Source of the DNA: a bacterium
GTDB lineage: Bacteria; Zhuqueibacterota; Zhuqueibacteria; Residuimicrobiales; Residuimicrobiaceae
Length of the DNA: 64,000 bases
Assembly (NCBI GenBank): GCA_035388125.1
Contig: DAOOPF010000004.1
Coordinates: forward strand, 540-64,539
Direction of reading: 5' to 3'
Shown here: positions 18,683 to 28,559 of the stretch, in pieces
Position numbering within the stretch: the first letter of the stretch is position 1
How the letters are laid out: each line of letters begins with the position of its first letter
Program-made: the position numbers and the translations under genes
The notes under the pieces: generated by a model
Databases searched by the model: none
Told to the model about the DNA's origin: nothing
Seen by the model: the letters and a program-made list of their open reading frames with translations, nothing else

Positions 18683-20639
18683 TGAGGATGGCGAGGAGTT
18701 CCTCTTTCTCGACCATCTCTTTTTCCAGCAGCCTCTGGGCGAGGGTTTCGAGCTGCTTCTGCCTGGCGTGGAGAATGGTGCGGACCTTCTTTTCTGCCTC
18801 CTCGAGGAGAAGTTTGATCTCGGCGTCGATTTTGGCGGCCAGACTCTCGCTGTAGACCCTGCTTTCGGGCATTTCAGCGCCCAGAAAGAGGGTACGGCCG
18901 CCGCGTCCGTAGGAGACCGGGCCGATTTTCTCGCTCATCCCGTATTCCACCACCATGCTGCGGGCAATATCTGTTGCCCTTTCAAGGTCATTCTGTCCGC
19001 CGGTTGAGACCTGTCCGTACTGCAGCTCTTCAGCGACCCGGCCGCCCAGCAGGACGGTGATCCTGCCGATCAGCTCTGAGCGCGTCATCAGATAGCGGTC
19101 TTCGGTCGGGAGCTGCAGCGTATAGCCCAGGGCGGCGACTCCGCGCGGTATTATCGAGACCCGATGGACCGGGTCGCTGCCCGGGACGGCGGTGGCAACG
19201 ATGGCATGGCCGGCTTCGTGATAGGCGACGGTCTCTTTTTCCCGTTTATTCATCACCCGGCTCTTCTTCTCGAGGCCGGCGACGACCCGGTCGATGGCCT
19301 CCTCCAGATCCTGCATCTCCACCTTTTTCTTGTTGTGGCGGGCGGCGATGAGAGCGGCCTCGTTGAGGAGGTTGGCAAGATCGGCTCCCACAAAGCCAGG
19401 GGTTCGCGCGGCAATCACCTTGAGGTCGACCTCGCGGGCGAGCTTGACCTGCCGGGCATGGACCGTGAGGATCGCCTCCCGGCCGTTGATATCGGGGCGG
19501 TCGACGACAATCTGGCGATCGAAGCGTCCGGGCCGGAGCAGGGCGATGTCGAGGATCTCGGGGCGGTTGGTGGCGGCCATGATGATGACGCCGGTGTTGG
19601 CTTCAAAGCCGTCCATTTCGGAAAGGAGCTGATTGAGGGTTTGCTCGCGTTCGTCATGACCTCCGTAAACATTGACACCGCGGGCTTTGCCGAGGGCGTC
19701 CAGCTCGTCGATGAAGATAATGCAAGGGGCCTTTTGCGAGGCCTGTTGAAAGAGGTCGCGCACGCGAGCGGCGCCGACGCCGACGAACATTTCGACAAAA
19801 TCAGAGCCGGAGATGCTGAAAAAGGGGACCTGGGCCTCACCTGCAACCGCCTTGGCCAGCAGGGTTTTGCCGGTGCCGGGAGGGCCGACCAGGAGAACCC
19901 CTTTCGGGATCCGGCCGCCGAGGCGTTGAAATTTCTCCGGATTTCTGAGAAACTCCACGATCTCGCTCACCTCCCCGAGGGCTTCATCGATGCCGGCGAC
20001 ATCCTTGAACGTGACTTTGGTCTGTCCCTCGACATAGATTTTGGCCTTGCTCTTGCCGATGGACATCATGCCGCCGCTGGGGTTCATGCGCTTGAAAATA
20101 AATCCCCAGATCGCGAAAAGGATGGCAAAAGGCAGAATCCAGCCCAGAATCAGGGAGCGCAGCCACTCCTCTCCCTCCACCCCGCGATAGGCCACCTTGA
20201 AGGCCTCCAGTTCCTTGACCAGCTCGGCGTCCTCGATGCGCCTGGTGAAAAAGGATTGGAGATTCTTTTCTGCAAAAAGCTCCCTGTCCTTGGCCGCGGC
20301 AAAGATCTCCCGGATATTAAAGCCGCTGCGCCCGGCTGTGGTCGCTTTCAGGGAATCGAAACGGGCGCGCCGGGCGGAGAGAGCGGTGGAATCGCCGATG
20401 AAGTAGTGCCCCTCGATCCTGTCGGTGGAGACGCCCGCTTCAAAGATGCGGTTCTGGCGCAAGAGTTCCTTGAAGGTGCTGTAGGGCACCTCCTTGACAT
20501 GGGAGGAGAAGAAAAGGTCGTTGAAGAGGAAGAGAGTCATGACCGCAAAGAGCACATACCAGATGGAAAAATGGAGTTTTCTCTCCATTTTGGGCTTGTT
20601 ACGGTTGGGTGTTTTGTTGTCGCGTTGGAATAAAGCCAT
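18651..20639 (-). CDS. ftsH: ATP-dependent zinc metalloprotease FtsH
   Basis: 662 aa. Walker A GPPGTGKT, Walker [17 protein letters not shown] zinc site. Confidence 0.95.
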   Translation of the reverse strand: MALFQRDNKTPNRNKPKMERKLHFSIWYVLFAVMTLFLFNDLFFSSHVKEVPYSTFKELLRQNRIFEAGVSTDRIEGHYFIGDSTALSARRARFDSLKATTAGRSGFNIREIFAAAKDRELFAEKNLQSFFTRRIEDAELVKELEAFKVAYRGVEGEEWLRSLILGWILPFAILFAIWGFIFKRMNPSGGMMSIGKSKAKIYVEGQTKVTFKDVAGIDEALGEVSEIVEFLRNPEKFQRLGGRIPKGVLLVGPPGTGKTLLAKAVAGEAQVPFFSISGSDFVEMFVGVGAARVRDLFQQASQKAPCIIFIDELDALGKARGVNVYGGHDEREQTLNQLLSEMDGFEANTGVIIMAATNRPEILDIALLRPGRFDRQIVVDRPDINGREAILTVHARQVKLAREVDLKVIAARTPGFVGADLANLLNEAALIAARHNKKKVEMQDLEEAIDRVVAGLEKKSRVMNKREKETVAYHEAGHAIVATAVPGSDPVHRVSIIPRGVAALGYTLQLPTEDRYLMTRSELIGRITVLLGGRVAEELQYGQVSTGGQNDLERATDIARSMVVEYGMSEKIGPVSYGRGGRTLFLGAEMPESRVYSESLAAKIDAEIKLLLEEAEKKVRTILHARQKQLETLAQRLLEKEMVEKEELLAILSGDGGEADGE

Positions 20640-20683
20640 TCATTGCTCCTGGTCGTGCGGTCCAGACCTCCGCCGGGCTGCCT

Positions 20684-21592
20684 CTATCTGGTGCAGATCA
20701 GTTTGCCGATGGCGATCGACAGCAATTTGCTGTCGGTGCTGTCGGCGCGCGAGGGGATCAGCACCGGTGCGGTTGAACCCATGATAACATGGCCCAGACG
20801 CAGGCGGGCGAAATAGGTTGTCGATTTGGCCAGCATGTTGGCCGATTCGATCTCCGGGCAGAGAAGGATATCGGCCTTGCCGGCCACGGGCGATTCGATC
20901 CCCTTGAGCGCTGCGGCTTCTGACGACACCGCATTGTCGAGTGCAAGCGGTCCGTCGATTATGCAGCCCTTGATCTGTCCGCGCTGATTCATCTTGGTCA
21001 GAACGGCGGCGTCGATGGTGGCCGGGAGGGCGGGATTGACTGTTTCCACCGCCGACAGCACTGCCACCAGCGGCTTCTCATTACCAAGAGCGCGAGCCAC
21101 CGCCACGGCGTTCTCGATGATCTCGATTTTTTGTTTCAGATCCGGCTTGAGGGTGACGCCGCCGTCGGTGATCATCACCAGCTTGTTGCCGGGACGGGAA
21201 GGCTCCTCAAAAACGAAGAGGTCGCTGAGCAGATGGCTGGAGCGCAGCCCATGTTCGCTGTCGAGCACCGCTTTGAGCAATGCGGCGGTCTTGATCTTGC
21301 CCTTGAGCAGGATGTGAGCCTCGCCGCTGCGTACAGCGGCTACGGCACTCCGGGCTGCAGCCTCTTCCGCAGCATCGCGGATTTGAAAAGGCATCTCTCC
21401 GGAGCCGAACAGCGTTTCGTACATGGTCCGGATCTTGTCCCTGTCGCCAAAGAGGAGCGCATCGGCCATGCCCAGTTCATGGGCGGCCGCCACCGCTCCC
21501 AGCGCGGCTTCGTCGTCGGCGGCGGCGACGGCTACGGTCACTTTGGGGCCAAGACGCGCCTTGTCGAGCAATTCCTCGAAGGAGGTAATCAT
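20684..21592 (-). CDS. ptb: Phosphate butyryltransferase, copy 2
   Basis: 302 aa paralog of 7477-8382 (VAVAAADDEAALGAV, MITDGGV, ADILLCPEIESANMLAK, PVLIPSRADS). Confidence 0.85.
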   Translation of the reverse strand: MITSFEELLDKARLGPKVTVAVAAADDEAALGAVAAAHELGMADALLFGDRDKIRTMYETLFGSGEMPFQIRDAAEEAAARSAVAAVRSGEAHILLKGKIKTAALLKAVLDSEHGLRSSHLLSDLFVFEEPSRPGNKLVMITDGGVTLKPDLKQKIEIIENAVAVARALGNEKPLVAVLSAVETVNPALPATIDAAVLTKMNQRGQIKGCIIDGPLALDNAVSSEAAALKGIESPVAGKADILLCPEIESANMLAKSTTYFARLRLGHVIMGSTAPVLIPSRADSTDSKLLSIAIGKLICTR

Positions 21593-21626
21593 GAATATCT
21601 CCTGGTTGGGCCATTCTGCGCTGGAT

Positions 21627-22703
21627 TTAATAACGCCGGGCTCTCTCCTGGCCGGTGAGAACGCGCCAAGCCCCCGCGGCCAGGGCCTCCATCTCCAGTT
21701 CGCCGGCGATGATCTTGATCGGGGCGATGAATTTGATGCGAGAGCTGATCATCTCTACCAGCAGTTTGGACCTGGCGAGTCCGCCGGTGAGGACAATTGC
21801 AGAGATATCCCCGCTGAGCACACAAGCCATGGCGCCGATCTCCTTGGCGATCTGGTAGGCCATGGCCGCAAAGACCTCTCCGGCTCTGGTATCTCCGGCG
21901 TTGATGCGCCGCTCGATCTCGCGCGCGTCAGTCGTTTCAAGGTAAGCCGCCAGTCCGCCCTTGCCCATCACCATCTGTTGAATCTCCTTTTTGGTGAACT
22001 CACCGGAGAAACAGAGGTCGATGAAAGGCTGCAGCGGCAGACTGCCTGTCCTTTCAGGCGAAAACGGGCCATCACTGGAGGCGTCATTGACATCAATGAT
22101 GCGGCCGCCCTTGACAGGTGCGACGGAGATGCCGCCGCCGAGGTGGGCGACGATAAAATTGTGCTCGTTCGGATCCAGTTTCATGGACTCCGCAGCCCAG
22201 ATGGCTGCCGCGCGCAGGCTGAGCGCGTGCGATAAAGCCCTCCGGGAGATCCGGGGATGCCCCGAATAGCGTGCAAGGCGGTCGAACTCATCGACCGAGA
22301 CCGGATCGACGATAAAGGCGGCACAGCCGTAAAGTTGGGCGATTTTATAGGCGATGGCGCAGCCCATATTGGAGCTGTGCTGTCCTTGCACCCCTTTTCT
22401 GGCATCCTCGATCATCGATTCATCGACGACATAGGTGCCTCGGTTCAGGGGTTTGAGCATCCCTCCCCTGCCGACAACCGCATCGAGAGAGAAGGCTTTA
22501 AGGTTCTGGCGGTTGAGGAATGCGATAACAAGGTCGGTGCGGTAATCAAACTGATCCCATAAACCCTGGTAGCGCGCAAGCTCTTCCCGGGTGTGAACGA
22601 GATTCTCTTCCGAGACCTTGTTTTTACCGGCGAAAAGCCCCACTTTGGTTGAGGTGGAGCCCGGATTAATCACCAAAATGAGGGGCGAAAGGCTATCTGT
22701 CAT
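21627..22703 (-). CDS. buk: Butyrate kinase, copy 2
   Basis: 358 aa. LILVINPGSTSTKVGLF, GRGG, HLGGGISV, VLTGGLA. Confidence 0.9.
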   Translation of the reverse strand: MTDSLSPLILVINPGSTSTKVGLFAGKNKVSEENLVHTREELARYQGLWDQFDYRTDLVIAFLNRQNLKAFSLDAVVGRGGMLKPLNRGTYVVDESMIEDARKGVQGQHSSNMGCAIAYKIAQLYGCAAFIVDPVSVDEFDRLARYSGHPRISRRALSHALSLRAAAIWAAESMKLDPNEHNFIVAHLGGGISVAPVKGGRIIDVNDASSDGPFSPERTGSLPLQPFIDLCFSGEFTKKEIQQMVMGKGGLAAYLETTDAREIERRINAGDTRAGEVFAAMAYQIAKEIGAMACVLSGDISAIVLTGGLARSKLLVEMISSRIKFIAPIKIIAGELEMEALAAGAWRVLTGQERARRY

Positions 22704-22721
22704 GATGCCACCCTCCGGTTG

Positions 22722-22754
22722 ACTCCGCCCGGAGTCTGGAACTCCGGGCGGAGT
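22722..22754 (-). other. 13-bp perfect GC-rich intercistronic hairpin between hydA (set 1) and buk (copy 2)
   Basis: ACTCCGCCCGGAG-tctggaa-CTCCGGGCGGAGT. No U-tract. The buk SD (GGAGGG) follows immediately. Confidence 0.6.
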
Positions 22755-22763
22755 GCGCTGGTG

Positions 22764-24494
22764 CTATTCCTGGTATACCGTCTTTTTGGTGTAGTGGGTA
22801 TGGAGAAGCTCATGGGCCTTGTGGCTGTTGGGCTCCCCGAGGAACTCCTTGTAGAGCTGCTGCACGGCCGGATTCTCATGCGATTTCCGGATGGTTTTGG
22901 CCTGATCAGCCTGGTAGATCGCTTCGGCGCGTTTTTTCCTGATCTCCAGGGAGGTGGGAACAGGTTGTCCGCCGCCGCCGATGCAGCCGCCGGGGCAGGC
23001 CATGATTTCGATAAAATGGTAATGGGCCTCACCGGAGACGATTTTTTTCATAAGCTGGCGGGCGTTGGCAAGACCGTTGGCGACGGCCGCTCGAACAGTG
23101 AGATCACCGACCTGGACCTCCGCCTCGCGTACGCCTTCCATACCGCGGACGGCCTTGATCTCGACCTGAGCCAGGGGTTTTCCGGTGACCACCTCATAGA
23201 CGGTGCGCAAGGCGGCTTCCATGACACCGCCGGTGTTGCCAAAGATGACTGCGGCACCGGTAGAGATCCCCAGCGGTTCATCGTACGACTCTTCCGGCAG
23301 ATCGGGCAGATGAATGCCGATCTGCTTCATCATCGTCGCTGCTTCACGGGTGGTCAGGACCGCGTCGACATCCTTAAAGCCGCTGCTGCTCATTTCGGCG
23401 CGGTCGCTTTCATATTTCTTCGCGGTGCAGGGCATGACCGAGACCGAAAAGATGTTTTTCGGATCAGCGCCGATCTTTTCCGCATAGTAGGTTTTGGCGA
23501 GGGCGCCGAACATCTGCTGCGGCGATTTGCAGGAGGAGACGTGCGGCAGGAGTTCAGGATAGAAATGCTCGATGAAATTGATCCATCCGGGGCTGCAGGA
23601 TGTCAACAGGGGCAATGTGCCGCCCGTTTTGAGCCGGTGAAGCAGTTCATAGCCCTCCTCCATGATGGTCAGATCGGCCGTGAAGTCGGTGTCGAAAACC
23701 TTGTCGAAACCGAGGCGGCGCAGTCCGGCCACCAGTTTGTCAGTGACCAGCGATCCGGCAGGCATGCCGAACTCTTCGCCGATGGCGACGCGGACGGCCG
23801 GTGCGGTCTGGACAACCACATGCAGGTCAGGATTATCGAGAGCATCCCAGACCCGCTGGATGTGGCTGTTCTCATAGAGGGCTCCAACCGGGCAGCGATC
23901 GATACACTGGCCGCAGGCGACGCAGGCGACCTCGCTTAGTCCCTTGTTGAATGGGGTATCGACCCAGACATCATAGCCCCGGCTCTCCATGCCGAGGGCG
24001 CTGACGCTCTGGACCATGGTGCAGGTCTGGACGCAGCGGCGGCAGAGGATACATTTCGAGGGATCACGAACGACTGCGGGACTGGAGGTATCCAGGTCAC
24101 CCTTGCGTTCGCGGTATTCGAAGCTGATCTCACGGATGCCGAGCTGGTCGGCGACTGCGCGCAGCTCGCAGGAGCCGTTGCGGACGCATTCAGTACAGCG
24201 CATGGGATGGCGCGAAAGCAGCAGCTCCATAGCGATCTTGCGCGACTCGCGCACCACCTTGGAATTGGTGGTCACTTCCATCCCCTCTGCGACCTTCCAG
24301 GAGCAGGCCGTGCGCAGGAGACGGTCGCCCTTGATCTCGACGACGCAGAGGCGGCAGGCCGAGACCGGGGGCAGATCGGGATGATAGCAGAGACGAGGGA
24401 TATTGATGAGTGCCTGTTCGGCGGCTTCGAGGACGGTGGCATTGGCCGGCACGGTAACCTGGCGTCCATCTATGGTCAAATTGACAGTATCCAA
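22764..24494 (-). CDS. hydA: [FeFe]-hydrogenase catalytic subunit, HydABC set 1 (group A3-like architecture)
   Basis: 576 aa. N-terminal 2Fe-2S fold, CILCRRCVQTC and CVACGQCIDRCP clusters. H-cluster motifs TSCSPGW, MPCTAKKYE, EIMACPGGCIGGGGQP. Confidence 0.9.
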   Translation of the reverse strand: MDTVNLTIDGRQVTVPANATVLEAAEQALINIPRLCYHPDLPPVSACRLCVVEIKGDRLLRTACSWKVAEGMEVTTNSKVVRESRKIAMELLLSRHPMRCTECVRNGSCELRAVADQLGIREISFEYRERKGDLDTSSPAVVRDPSKCILCRRCVQTCTMVQSVSALGMESRGYDVWVDTPFNKGLSEVACVACGQCIDRCPVGALYENSHIQRVWDALDNPDLHVVVQTAPAVRVAIGEEFGMPAGSLVTDKLVAGLRRLGFDKVFDTDFTADLTIMEEGYELLHRLKTGGTLPLLTSCSPGWINFIEHFYPELLPHVSSCKSPQQMFGALAKTYYAEKIGADPKNIFSVSVMPCTAKKYESDRAEMSSSGFKDVDAVLTTREAATMMKQIGIHLPDLPEESYDEPLGISTGAAVIFGNTGGVMEAALRTVYEVVTGKPLAQVEIKAVRGMEGVREAEVQVGDLTVRAAVANGLANARQLMKKIVSGEAHYHFIEIMACPGGCIGGGGQPVPTSLEIRKKRAEAIYQADQAKTIRKSHENPAVQQLYKEFLGEPNSHKAHELLHTHYTKKTVYQE

Positions 24495-24545
24495 AGCAAT
24501 CCTCCTAAATGATAAAATAGTGCATCAATTTTCCGAGACAGAAAA

Positions 24546-26174
24546 TCAGGCGGCGGCTTGATCGGCTGCTTCGAAAGAGCATTTCCCGGTCTTGCATTTC
24601 TTGTCGAGATGCTGTTCGAATTCTTCTCTGAAGTAGCGCAGGCAGCCGATGATGGGGATCGGGGCCGCCTGGCCCAGTCCGCAGAAGGCGCCTCTGGTCA
24701 TGGTCTGGGCGAGCTCCTCCATCAGCTGGAGGTCTTTGGCGGTGCCGAGGCCGGAGGTCATGCGCTCGAGGATCTCCAGGAGACGGCCGTTGCCCTCGCG
24801 GCATAGGGTACAAATGCCGCACGATTCGTGCACGAAGAACTCGACAAAGTTCTTGACCAGACCGACGACGCACTGGCTGTCATCTACAACCAACAGCGCG
24901 CCGGAGCCCATGCCCGCTCCGATTTCGCGCAGGGACTCGACACTCAGGGGCAAATCGAGGTGCTCGCTGGTCAGGATGCCGCCGGTTGTGCCGCCGAGCT
25001 GGGCCAGTTTGAAGCCTTTGCCATTGGGGATGCCGTGACCGATATCATAGATGATCTCCCGGAGGGTGATGCCCATCGGCACCTCGATGAGTCCGGGATT
25101 GTTGATATTGCCCACCATCGTAAAAACCTTGGTGCCGGGACTCTTGGCCGTGCCGATCCCCTTGTACCACTCTGCACCCCTGCGAATGATCTGGGGCACA
25201 TTGGCGAGGGTTTCGACATTGTTGACGATGGTCGGTTTGCCCCAGAGGCCGACGGAAGGCGGAAAGGGCGGCTTGTTGCGGGGTTCGCCGCGCTTGCCTT
25301 CGATCGATTCGATGAGGGCGGTCTCCTCACCGCAGATGTAGGCTCCGGCCCCTTCGCGGATCTCGATATCGAAAGCGAACGGGCTGCCGAAGACATTCTT
25401 GCCCAGCAGGCCGTGGGCGCGGGCCTGTTCGATGGCGCGCTTGACCCGGGCGATGGACATGTGGTACTCGCCGCGAATGTAGACATAGCCCTGATGAGCG
25501 CCGACAGCGTAACCGGCCAGGGCCATGCCTTCGATGACCGCGTGCGGGTCGCCTTCGAGAATGAGACGGTCCTTGAAAGTGCCAGGCTCGCCCTCGTCAG
25601 CATTGCAAATGATATACTTTTCATCGGATTTTTCTTTGGCAGCGAAGCCCCACTTCAGGCCGGTCGGGAAGAAAGCGCCGCCGCGGCCCTGCATCCCCGA
25701 CTTTTTGACCTCCTCCATGACCGCTTCGGGGGTCATTTCGGTGAGGGCTTTGCCGAGAGCTTCATAGCCATCCTGGGCAATATACTCCTCGATACTTTCG
25801 GGATCGATCACACCGGCGTTCTTGAGCACAATACGCTCCTGCTTGCAGATACGCGCCGACTTTTCACCCATCTCTCCTTCAACCGAAGGGACATCCAGAT
25901 AGTGCAGGCGCTCGACAACGCGGCCTTTGAGAAGATGTTCGGCGATGATCTCCGAGACATCTTCCATCTTGACGCCGACATAATAAACGGCATCGGGGAA
26001 TATAACCAGCACAACACCCTTGTCATAGATGCCGAGGCTACCGGTTTCGACCACGCGCACATCATCGGCGAGTCCGGCCAGGGCGACTTCCTTGACCAGG
26101 GCGTCTTTGACCGAGCGAGCGCCCTGCGATATGGTGTGGGCATCCATCGCCACCAGAATATGGATTCTATGCAT
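24546..26174 (-). CDS. hydB: NuoF-like flavoprotein subunit, HydABC set 1. Its N-terminal thioredoxin-like domain lacks cluster cysteines and there is no C-terminal 2x[4Fe-4S] domain
   Basis: 542 aa. GRGGAFFPTGLKW, ESCGICTLCREG. N-terminus VAMDAHTISQGA / ETGSLGIYDKG occupies the place of the CG..G / C..C motifs. Ends shortly after the LRYFREEF helix. Confidence 0.85.
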   Translation of the reverse strand: MHRIHILVAMDAHTISQGARSVKDALVKEVALAGLADDVRVVETGSLGIYDKGVVLVIFPDAVYYVGVKMEDVSEIIAEHLLKGRVVERLHYLDVPSVEGEMGEKSARICKQERIVLKNAGVIDPESIEEYIAQDGYEALGKALTEMTPEAVMEEVKKSGMQGRGGAFFPTGLKWGFAAKEKSDEKYIICNADEGEPGTFKDRLILEGDPHAVIEGMALAGYAVGAHQGYVYIRGEYHMSIARVKRAIEQARAHGLLGKNVFGSPFAFDIEIREGAGAYICGEETALIESIEGKRGEPRNKPPFPPSVGLWGKPTIVNNVETLANVPQIIRRGAEWYKGIGTAKSPGTKVFTMVGNINNPGLIEVPMGITLREIIYDIGHGIPNGKGFKLAQLGGTTGGILTSEHLDLPLSVESLREIGAGMGSGALLVVDDSQCVVGLVKNFVEFFVHESCGICTLCREGNGRLLEILERMTSGLGTAKDLQLMEELAQTMTRGAFCGLGQAAPIPIIGCLRYFREEFEQHLDKKCKTGKCSFEAADQAAA

Positions 26175-26643
26175 TGGAGGATCCTTTCACTTTGTAATCT
26201 TTCAATATCGCGACCGCTTTCTCCGGAGTGAGGTTGCCATAGACCTCATTGTCAATCATCATGACCGGTGCGACGGCGCAGAGCCCAAGGCAGCTGGTAA
26301 ACTCGAGAGTAAAGAGCCCATCCGGGGTGGTCTCGCCGGTCTCGATGCCGAGATAGCTCTTGATCTGGGTGAGAACCTCCTTGGAATCCTTGACATAACA
26401 TGGGGCATTGTTGCAGCAGCGCACGATATGTTTGCCCTTGGGCTTGGTGGTGAAAAGAGAGTAAAAAGTGGCGACGCCATAGATTTCGCTGAGGGGGATA
26501 TCGATCTTTTTGGCGATGCGGGTGAGAAGTTCCTCGGAGAGGTGACCATACTCCTTCTGCACATCCTTGAGGACGTAGATGAGCGGCGTTTTGGTCGCCG
26601 CATAGGAAGTGATGATTTTATCTACTGCAGTGTAATCCGTCAT
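26167..26643 (-). CDS. hydC: NuoE-like 2Fe-2S subunit, HydABC set 1
   Basis: Start moved to ATG 26643 (GGAGGA upstream; MTDYTAV...). VRCCNNAPCYV and TSCLGLCAVAP cysteine motifs. Confidence 0.85.
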   Translation of the reverse strand: MTDYTAVDKIITSYAATKTPLIYVLKDVQKEYGHLSEELLTRIAKKIDIPLSEIYGVATFYSLFTTKPKGKHIVRCCNNAPCYVKDSKEVLTQIKSYLGIETGETTPDGLFTLEFTSCLGLCAVAPVMMIDNEVYGNLTPEKAVAILKDYKVKGSSNA

Positions 26644-26707
26644 AGGTTCCTCCATAAAACTCGGCAAGTTACGTACATTAGCTCAACCCGGAATGGAGCT
26701 GCCGGCA

Positions 26708-27073
26708 TTATTCATGCGAAAAGACATGGCTGGAGACGATACGATCGGCCAGGACATGCTCATCGATTATTTTGCGGGCAATTTCCGGATTGATCTTGCC
26801 GTAAGTGGTGGTCACCCCCTTGTCGGTCTGCACCACCTGAACGAGGGGTTCCTGATCGCAGAAACCAAGGCAGCCGGTCTGGGTGACGACGACGTCGGTG
26901 ACACTTCTCTTGTTTATCTCATCAAGTATAGCGGACATGACCGCGCGTGCGCCGGCGGCAATCCCGCAGGTCCCCATGGCGATGACGATGCGGTATTTGG
27001 CCGATTGTTCACGGGCCGCCATCTCTTTTTTGGCCTTTTCCTTGATGGCGCGAAGATCTGACAGACTTTTCAC
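26708..27073 (-). CDS. Small thioredoxin-like [2Fe-2S] ferredoxin
   Basis: Start moved to GTG 27073 (GGAGGA 7 nt upstream), which avoids the overlap with 27198-27746. AMGTCGIAAGA and TGCLGFCDQEP motifs. Confidence 0.75.
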   Translation of the reverse strand: MKSLSDLRAIKEKAKKEMAAREQSAKYRIVIAMGTCGIAAGARAVMSAILDEINKRSVTDVVVTQTGCLGFCDQEPLVQVVQTDKGVTTTYGKINPEIARKIIDEHVLADRIVSSHVFSHE

Positions 27074-27197
27074 TCGGTATTCCTCCTGCAGTTGTGTTTC
27101 ACCGGCGGAGCGTGGAGATGATTCCGCCGATGTGGAGCTGTTGATTAAGTAAAATATACCGCAAAAATTCAATATCGGGCCGGCGCGGGGGGCAGGA

Positions 27198-27746
27198 TCA
27201 GGCGGTCGAGCCAATCGACAGCAGCTTCTCCTCAATCCATTTTTGCGCCGGTTCGACCAGCATGTACTGAGAACAATCCAGCTCGGCCATACGGGCATAG
27301 ATCCAGTAGGAATCAAAAGCAAAACAGCCCGTGTCTGTCCGGTGGCCGTAGACAAAATGGACATCCGGTGCGCCGATGATCAGATTGACCACGGTCTCGG
27401 CAATTCCGCCAAGTGGAGAGCGGTTCAGGCTGTTGTGGTGAAAAGAGGCGGTCAGCGTGGTGCCTTTGCCGAGTCTGGATTTGATCCTGAGCGTCCCGCC
27501 GCAGCTGGTCGCCGCCTGCCTGAGAAGAGGGAGCCCCATGCCGACAGGACGGGTGGTCCGCGTTGTCACAAAGGGATCAATGACCGCATCGATCATCTCC
27601 TGGCTCATGCCGCGTCCGTTATCACGGATGGTAATCGAAAACTGATTTTTCTCTACTGACTCTTCTATCCAGAGGATAACACGGCTGGCCTTCGCCTCGA
27701 TCGAGTTGGTGACGATATCCAGAATATGCAGGGAGAGTTCGCGCAC
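27198..27746 (-). CDS. Stand-alone GHKL (histidine-kinase-like) ATPase domain protein
   Basis: 182 aa. N-box HILDIVTNSIEA, G1 DNGRGM, G2 GMGLPL, GKGTT. No HisKA/DHp domain. Confidence 0.75.
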   Translation of the reverse strand: MRELSLHILDIVTNSIEAKASRVILWIEESVEKNQFSITIRDNGRGMSQEMIDAVIDPFVTTRTTRPVGMGLPLLRQAATSCGGTLRIKSRLGKGTTLTASFHHNSLNRSPLGGIAETVVNLIIGAPDVHFVYGHRTDTGCFAFDSYWIYARMAELDCSQYMLVEPAQKWIEEKLLSIGSTA

Positions 27747-27767
27747 AAGCTGTCCTTATTCTCTGTT

Positions 27768-28559
27768 TCAGTGCACAGCTGCCGCACATGAGGCGCCGCT
27801 GCGGCCGGCCTCTTCCGGTTCAAGGACAGCGATCTGACGGCCGTTCTCCCCCCGGCAAGCCAGCAGAAGCTCGGGGAAAGAGGGTTCTGACATCCTGAAC
27901 CAGCTTCGTGCAGTGCCGATCTGTTCGACGTCATGGGCATCAGAAGCAGTGATCAGCTGCATCCCGCTGCCGCTGTAACGTTCCACCGCGTCGGCCAGGT
28001 TGGCACGGCGGGAGAGTTCAACGATCCTGAAGGGCAAGTCGGCGGGCAGGAAGCCCAGAGTGCGGACCATACTGTTGGCGCGCCGGTCGATGTGGGCGGG
28101 ATAGATGATACCCTCCCTGGCGACGGTCTCACGCACAACCTGATCATAGGGCGCATGTATGGGCAGACCTAGCAAGCGCATATTTTCGGCGACGATATTT
28201 TCCCGCTCATCGACGACAAGCTGCGGTCCCCACAAGGATGGGTCGTTTTCCCCCTCCTGCAGCTGACTGTAGAGCCACTCCTGAAAATCAAAGAGCTGTT
28301 CCAGTGCGGGGAAGAGTGTGATCATGTGGATCTCCTCCCGTGTGGATACCTCGATGCCCGGAAAGACCTGGAGCCGGGTTCCCTGAGCGGCGCGCTGGAC
28401 GGCGGGGACATTCTCCGCCGAATTGTGATCAGTAATCGCAATAAAATCCAGCCCCTGGTGGATGGCGGTCCGGACAATATCCTGCGGCCCCATGGTCAAT
28501 TCAGAGCAGGGTGACAGCACGGTATGAATATGGAGGTCACCAACATACCAGCGCAGCAT
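27768..28559 (-). CDS. PHP-domain phosphoesterase
   Basis: 263 aa. GDLHIHTVLSPC, FIAITDHNS, ASDAH motifs. Confidence 0.75.
   Translation of the reverse strand: MLRWYVGDLHIHTVLSPCSELTMGPQDIVRTAIHQGLDFIAITDHNSAENVPAVQRAAQGTRLQVFPGIEVSTREEIHMITLFPALEQLFDFQEWLYSQLQEGENDPSLWGPQLVVDERENIVAENMRLLGLPIHAPYDQVVRETVAREGIIYPAHIDRRANSMVRTLGFLPADLPFRIVELSRRANLADAVERYSGSGMQLITASDAHDVEQIGTARSWFRMSEPSFPELLLACRGENGRQIAVLEPEEAGRSGASCAAAVH

Noticed and set aside
26708-27364. 218-aa version of the small ferredoxin, and likewise the 220-aa version of hydC2 (38437-39099)
   Set aside because: Both N-terminal extensions overlap the upstream genes and are Arg/Pro/Ser-rich junk. Internal starts with good SDs give family-typical sizes (122 and 155 aa).
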